Assembly: GCF_001447785.1 (NCBI RefSeq)
Contig: NW_015171503.1
Location: 124,001-188,000, forward strand
DNA: 64,000 nt
Source of the DNA: Gekko japonicus
Taxonomy: Eukaryota
Direction: 5' to 3'
Of this stretch, positions 57,926 through 64,000 are shown piece by piece; the stretch's first letter is position 1, and every line of letters begins with the position of its first letter. The notes under the pieces were generated by a model, which was not told the origin of the DNA, did not search any database, and was given only the letters and a program-made list of their open reading frames with translations. The translations under genes were made by a program, and so were the position numbers.

Positions 57926-59727
57926 GATGTCTTCAGGGTGTGTGTGTGTGTGTGTGTAAAGTAACTGTGGGAACTTGGATTCTGTTTCTGGGATGACAAG
58001 TACTCTGATTTTGTTAATCCACAATGCAATGTTTTCATTGCATATTACAAAGCTTCATATTTTTATGGTTTAAGAAAACGAAGCAATTATTTTCCCCTGA
58101 ATAGATCCATAAAAAGAAACCATCTTAAACTACGGTATGGAATGCAGCATAATAACAAAACTGCCCAGGGTGTCATTCACCTTTACCATTTGGATTCTAC
58201 AGTTGATTTCTCCAATGCAAACAGAAATCTCCAATTAAACAACAGAAAATGCTAACAAATGATCCATGCTGCACCACAGACATTTGTCATTGCCCAAGGC
58301 TGGCCTACATCATTCTCCCAGTTAATTTTATCTGTGTCCTGTTCTCTAGTCATTGGCAAAAAGGCATATCAAATACCTATACCTAAACTCACCTTTGAAA
58401 TTCTGTCTTCTCTAGCACATCAGAGAACAATAGATGTGATCTGCAGTATGATGACAGGGAAATAAAACGCTCATCCAACCAGTAAATTCTGAACCTCTGC
58501 ATAAAGGTGGAAAATGGTGCTTGTGTTTCTTTCTCCTAGGTTACCAAGAAGCAGAGGGACCCTGATTCTCTCATTAGGCCTCTGTACAAGGTTCATTATT
58601 AGATGCATGCAGAATCACCAGGGAGGGTTTGGTGGCTCTCTACCAGAATACAGCTTCATTAAGGAGCAATGACAGATATCGTCAGCCAAGATTTTGTGGC
58701 TTGTTGGGAAAAACTGTTCTGATGGAGCTGGTGGGGCTTCCATTATTTCTATGTCAGCTCCAATCTGCCCCCAAGCCTGATCGCCGGCGGCTACCCCTCT
58801 CCCTCCCCTCCTGCAAGGCCCTTCAGGTGATCAGCAGGGAGCACATGGCCCGCCAATCAGCTGGAGGGCCCTTTAAATCTTGCAGGAGGGAGGGAGAGAG
58901 GCGTGCGTCATGCAGCACCTCTTCTCAAAAGGATTTAAAGGATCCCTTTAAATGCTTTTGAGAAGAAGGGGGGTGCATGCACATGGCCTCCCCAATTTAA
59001 AAAAATCTTGTGGGGTTGGCCCTTAAAGGAAGGGGGCAGAGCCCCCAATAGCCCCACTGTAGCTATAGGCCAGCATGATGTTATCTTTGAGGCCTGGGCC
59101 AAAGATGGTTAAGGGCAAGATCACAGGCTCTTTCGTTTTTCCATAATGAGAGTTCCTATGACAAGAAACTAAAAAGGTGTCCCTAGCTGTGTATCCTTCA
59201 GGCAAAACGGCAGGACAGTCATCCTGTTCTTGTTAGCTTTCTACCTCAGGGTGGAAAGAAAGGGAGCACCAGGAGCATGAGGCCCAGGGGACTGTGTGGC
59301 CACTGTGTGCTTGAATGCCTGGCCATAGATTTATTACAGATCTTGTTTCTTTAATGCCCTTACTTGAAGGAACAAGGGAGCGAAAGCTTGAGAAGATGCT
59401 CGATAAAACTTTTTATGCTGCATGTATTTGCATAAAATTTCCCTGTATCTCTTTATATCTTCTCTATATGATTTTTGAATATACTTCCTTACCTGCTATT
59501 AACTAACTTTAATGTTGTGTTGCACTCATCTTGGAAATTCCCTTTTGCTGGGCCATGGGTTTACTGGTTAACACGTGGGGTTTTGATAGGTATCAAGAAA
59601 CATTTTCGAAATCAATCCAATGTATAAACCCTTCTTTGAGGCAACTCTCCCTATAACAGTATTTTATAGAGTGCACCTTCTTGGACTACATAGGCTTGTA
59701 TAGAAAATGTGCTGCTCTTCCCAACTA

Positions 59728-59946
59728 TGGTGGTGGAAAGTGTCATCTAGTCACAGCTGACTTATGGTGAACCCATGGGGTTTTCAAGGCAAGAGACATT
59801 CAGAGGTGTTTTGCCATTGCCTGCCTCTGCATCATGACACTGGTATTCCTTGGAGATTTCCCATCCAAATACTAGCCAGGTCTGACCCTGGTTAGCTTCC
59901 AAGATTTGACGAGATCAGGCTAGCCTGGGCTATCCAGGTCAGGGCT
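59728..59946 (-). mobile_element. 5S rRNA-derived SINE, near full length
   Basis: Reverse strand reads GCCTGATCTCGTCAAATCTTGGAAGCTAACCAGGGTCAGACCTGGCTAGTATTTGGATGGGA, close to 5S rRNA GCCCGATCTCGTCTGATCTCGGAAGCTAAGCAGGGTCGGGCCTGGTTAGTACTTGGATGGGA. Confidence 0.75.
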
Positions 59947-59988
59947 CTTCCCGACTAGGACTACCCAAACAGAACAAGCAACTAAAGA

Positions 59989-60182
59989 AGGGTTGCCATT
60001 CTCCAGGTGTGGCCTGGGGATCTTCCAGAATTACAGTCGATCTCCAGATTACAGAAATCAGTTGCCTAGAGACAATGGCTGCTTTGGAGCGTGGTCTTTA
60101 TGGCATTAGGACCCCGTTGAAGTTCCTCTCTTCCCCAAACCCCATCTTCCCCAAATCTCCAGGAATTTCCTAGCCTGGAGTA
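59989..60182 (+). mobile_element. TAGGGTTGCCA-type hAT MITE, degraded
   Basis: Colinear with the 54413 copy; right end decayed. Confidence 0.7.
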
Positions 60183-60890
60183 GGAAGCTCGTGAAGCAAA
60201 ATACAGTTCAGCATCCAGTACAACACTGTAGAGGAGGGTGTACAGTAATGCCACAACTCCCAAAGTTTCAATCCAATTTTCTCTATGAAGTGATCGGGGT
60301 TCCTAGAATCAATACTGTCATGTGACATAGTTCCCCAAAGAGAGAAGCTTCACTGCTGCTGGATGTTTTTGCCTTAGGATGAGAGAGCCCTGTAGTCCCA
60401 TAGTACTTTTGCAGTCTTTGCCTTATTTGCAAATACAAGGGCTTAAATGGGACCAAACAGGTGTTCTTAGAAGCAGCAACTCTGCCTCAGCAGTTCCGTG
60501 GACAGTGAAAAAGAGACTCTGCTGCACTCCAAAGTGCTTCATCCCCAACCAGTTCATTGTTCTCACTGCCCATCTTTTGAATCAGCTTCAAAACTGGCTG
60601 CAATATTTTGCTGTTTTGAGAAAAGTAGACATACCCTTGCCTGTCCAGTGTCTGAGCAAAGGTGGAACTTGTCACAAAAGTCCTTTTTGATCCATGGTGT
60701 GCTTTGATTAATCTTCCCATACTTGCACCCAAAGGTGCTTGATGACTCCAGGCTTATCCCAGCATTCAGAACAGAGACTGATGCTATCTTGTCATGCAGT
60801 TCACAGACACAGACAGGTGATCTCATTGTTATTTGATAAAGCGATCTGTTGACTTCCGGTACGGCACATGACGGACGGCTTGTGAGAACT

Positions 60891-61741
60891 GGGGGAGCCA
60901 GAATGACCACTCGTATGTGATGTCCGAGGCAATGCCGCTCGGACATCACACGCGAGAGGTGGAATTTGCCCCTATGAGTCCAAGGCCACCACCCCGGGGC
61001 TCAGGGAGGCGGGGGAACATCCCCCTCCCCCCCGCGGGTGGTAGCTACCGCTGAAAACAGCGGCAGCAGCTATAACTTTTTAAGGAGCCCCGAAGAAGAG
61101 CTGGGGGAGCCAGAATGACATCACACGTGAGAGGTGGAATTTGCCCCTATGAGTCCAAGGCCACCACCCCGGGGCTCAGGGAGGCGGGGGAACATCCCCC
61201 TCCCCCCCGCGGGTGGTAGCTACCGCTGAAAACAGCGGCAGCAGCTATAACTTTTTAAGGAGCCCCGAAGAAGAGCTGGGGGAGCCAGAATGACATCACA
61301 CGTGAGAGGTGGAATTTGCCCCTATGAGTCCAAGGCCACCACCCCGGGGCTCAGGGAGGCGGGGGAACATCCCCCTCCCCCCCGCGGGTGGTAGCTACCG
61401 CTGAAAACAGCGGCAGCAGCTATAACTTTTTAAGGAGCCCCGAAGAAGAGCTGGGGGAGCCAGAATGACATCACACGTGAGAGGTGGAATTTGCCCCTAT
61501 GAGTCCAAGGCCACCACCCCGGGGCTCAGGGAGGCGGGGGAACATCCCCCTCCCCCCCGCGGGTGGTAGCTACCGCTGAAAACAGCGGCAGCAGCTATAA
61601 CTTTTTAAGGAGCCCCGAAGAAGAGCTGGGGGAGCCAGAATGACCTCTTGCGTGTGATGCCGCTCGTACATCACACGTGAGAGGTAGAATTTGCCCCTAT
61701 GAGTCCAAGGCCACCACCCTGGGTCTCAGGGAGGCGGGGGA
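60891..61741 (+). repeat. GC-rich 175-bp tandem repeat (~4.5 units)
   Basis: GGAATTTGCCCCTATGAG at 60961, 61136, 61311, 61486 and a variant at 61686. Confidence 0.95.
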
Positions 61742-63555
61742 ATGTTTCGCCCCCCCCCCACGGTTGCCCAACTGATGGCTCGTGGGAGCAGGGCTTATGT
61801 GCCCACCCCCTGGGCTCCTGACTGGCGGCAGGAACCGAGGCCTGGAAAGAATCAAGGTATATAAAGGGTGAAATGTTATTGTTGATGTAAATTTAATTAG
61901 AAAGATTTTTTTTGGCTCTTGCCCAATGGGATATTGAAATAATAAGTAAGATAAGATAAACTGGCTTTAAAAGCTGTGAAAATTTGGTTACAGAAGGATA
62001 GAAATAATTTGATTAGGAAGGGTAGTGTAAATTTAAAATAGTGTTAGAAATGTGTGTTTATTTATGAGTTTCAAGTTATTTATAAGTTGTAGTTCATGTA
62101 TAATAAATAATAGGATAATAGGGTTTCATGGAAGTAAAATGGAATTTAAGGAAGGGGTTGGAAATATTTATTTTCATTAAAGTAATTTATTTGGGGGGGG
62201 GGAGATAAAGTGATCTGTCATATCTACTCTACGATATCTACCAAGTTAGTCAGCATTAATGGATTATTTTTTTCATGTTATCCCCAGCCCTAGATTAATT
62301 ACTGAAGAGTGGCACTTCATGTAACTAATTTTTGCTCTATATTGGGGTGTGGACAATTCTGCCTTTCTATTAAATTTAGGATTTGGGAAGTCTTGCTGTC
62401 TGATCCAAAGGTCCTTCCCATGGTCCTACAGGATCCATTGTCTTGTGCTCTAAGCAAAGAACCAGCGAAATAGAAAAGTATTTCCTTGTTGTGCTGGCAA
62501 GGCACTACCAACCATTCATGTTATTGCATACAGGCCTTTGTTGTCTCTAATTCTTTGTCCATTGTTACAAAATTACTGCAGATTATTGCTGTTAAGCAGT
62601 TTGACTTTGCTCCTTAAATGTAGCTTCCTTTAAACAGCAGCTGCTGAGGTGGCTTAGCAACAAACAAGGGAGTACTTAATAACAAGAAAGAGTATGTAGT
62701 AGCAGAGCAACATACCTGGACAATTAAACCTGTATTTTGTCACTGTAATCTCAATAGTTCACACAAGTAAGGGCCAAGTCAGATCTGATCCAGAAGATCC
62801 AGGATTATCATGCTTGTTTGTCAAAGTGGTTATATAAGGCTACTTTGATCTGAGAAGCAGCACGGGAAGGAAGAACTAACCCTTTCCTCACATGCCCTAT
62901 TCACAGTCAAATCTCCCCGCATCTATTAATAACTCCAGGAAGGAAAATGTACAGTTACAGATGTTGTGTACATGTCACATTACAGGTGGTTTAGACAATT
63001 TCAGTGTCTATTATTTCATCTAGGGTATAACTCTAGACAGGGCAGCATGAGGAGGTTGATTGATATTTAAGAGTCAGGCTAAAGGTACCGTCTTTTATGG
63101 AACTCCTTCTGTATATAACATACTGACAGAAAAAAACAGCAAGGAAAGGTTTTTAAGGCTTGGAGATCAGTCATGGGAAAAGTGTCACTTATTCAATATA
63201 TCAGTGTGCCAGGTTGTTGTTAGATATGCAGGAGGAGGGCCTGACAAAGTTCGTACCCATAGCTATAGGGGAGCCCCCCCCCCCCACTCTCTAACCAATT
63301 GACAGGATCAGGATGGAAATCCTCTGTTTAGCTCACTAGCTTCTATCAATGGTTCCTAGGCATTTTGACTGTCTTGTAAATTCATGTAAGATGACTTGGG
63401 AAGGAGCCCAAGAGAAAACTTCTAAAAGACATGTATTGCTTAAGTCGCAGTTGTATGACTGTTGCTGAAAATCTGTTGCCCATAGAAGCCACACACCCTT
63501 CTTGGTAGCAGAAGATGGAAAGGAAGGGAGAGGGGGGGAAAGCCCCCTCACATAT

Positions 63556-63732
63556 GGAAGTGCCATCAAGTTGCAACTGACTTATGACAACTCCGTCAAG
63601 GGGCTTTCAAGGCCAAGTGAGAAGCAGATGTGGTTTGCCACTGCCTTCTTCTGCAGAGTCTTCTTTTGGCGTCTCCCAATCAGAGTACTGAGATCTGATA
63701 AAATCAGACTCTACCATGCTGTGTTCCCTCCC
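63556..63732 (-). mobile_element. 5S-SINE family copy, degraded
   Basis: Reverse complement of the 57730 copy. Confidence 0.6.
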
Positions 63733-64000
63733 AAGAGAGACTTTAATCTTGAACTATTTCCTGCTAAAATGATTTCATGCCCTTTGCACAGGGAAATCAG
63801 CTGTGTATTGACATGTGAGGAGGAAATGAGCCTTAGGAAAACATGCACCTATTTGTGAGCTAGGCAATAAAAAGCTTAAAAGTACATCCAGGAAGAAAGT
63901 AATCAACAAGTATACAGTGACAGCTGGGCTGGAAACTGGAGGGACTCTGTAACAAAATCTCACTATTTAGTCAAGTTGTTAACGAGGATCAGGATGGACT

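Noticed and set aside
59850-59946. 5S rRNA gene
   Set aside because: Diverged, lacks true 5S ends and is fused to a LINE-like tail, so it is a SINE head
60891-61741. CRISPR array or tandem ncRNA/5S gene cluster
   Set aside because: Units are identical with no variable spacers; no similarity to 5S, tRNA or snRNA that I can recognise
53800-64000. Exons of PMM1, expected next by human synteny
   Set aside because: No PMM1-like peptide or exon recognised; it probably lies beyond the window

Overview
Vertebrate genomic DNA. The repeat content (tRNA- and 5S-headed SINEs, CR1, L2, RTE/BovB-like tails, many hAT MITEs) points to a squamate, probably a gecko; that assignment is inference. Reading splice sites by hand gives four intron-containing genes in the order known from human 22q13. 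(1) The 5' end of MEI1 (minus strand, exons 1-3, continuing beyond base 1). (2) Complete SNU13/NHP2L1 (plus, 3 exons, 128 aa). (3) Complete XRCC6/Ku70 (minus, 12 coding exons, 613 aa). (4) Complete DESI1 (plus, 6 exons, 169 aa). Two CpG-rich head-to-head promoters are present (MEI1/SNU13 and XRCC6/DESI1), plus three assembly gaps. Most ORF-track entries are spurious. I found no novel protein-coding system. The unusual content is structural. First, a ~2.8 kb foldback-type element fills most of SNU13 intron 1, with terminal inverted repeats and mirror-image 58-61 bp minisatellite arms, and a miniature relative is nested in DESI1 intron 5. Second, a hAT MITE family has an internal hairpin showing compensatory changes between two copies. 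Third, an inverted duplication brackets a MITE that lacks a target-site duplication (TSD). Fourth, a near-perfect, structure-rich 175-bp tandem array lies near 61 kb. All coordinates were counted by eye and no database search was run.
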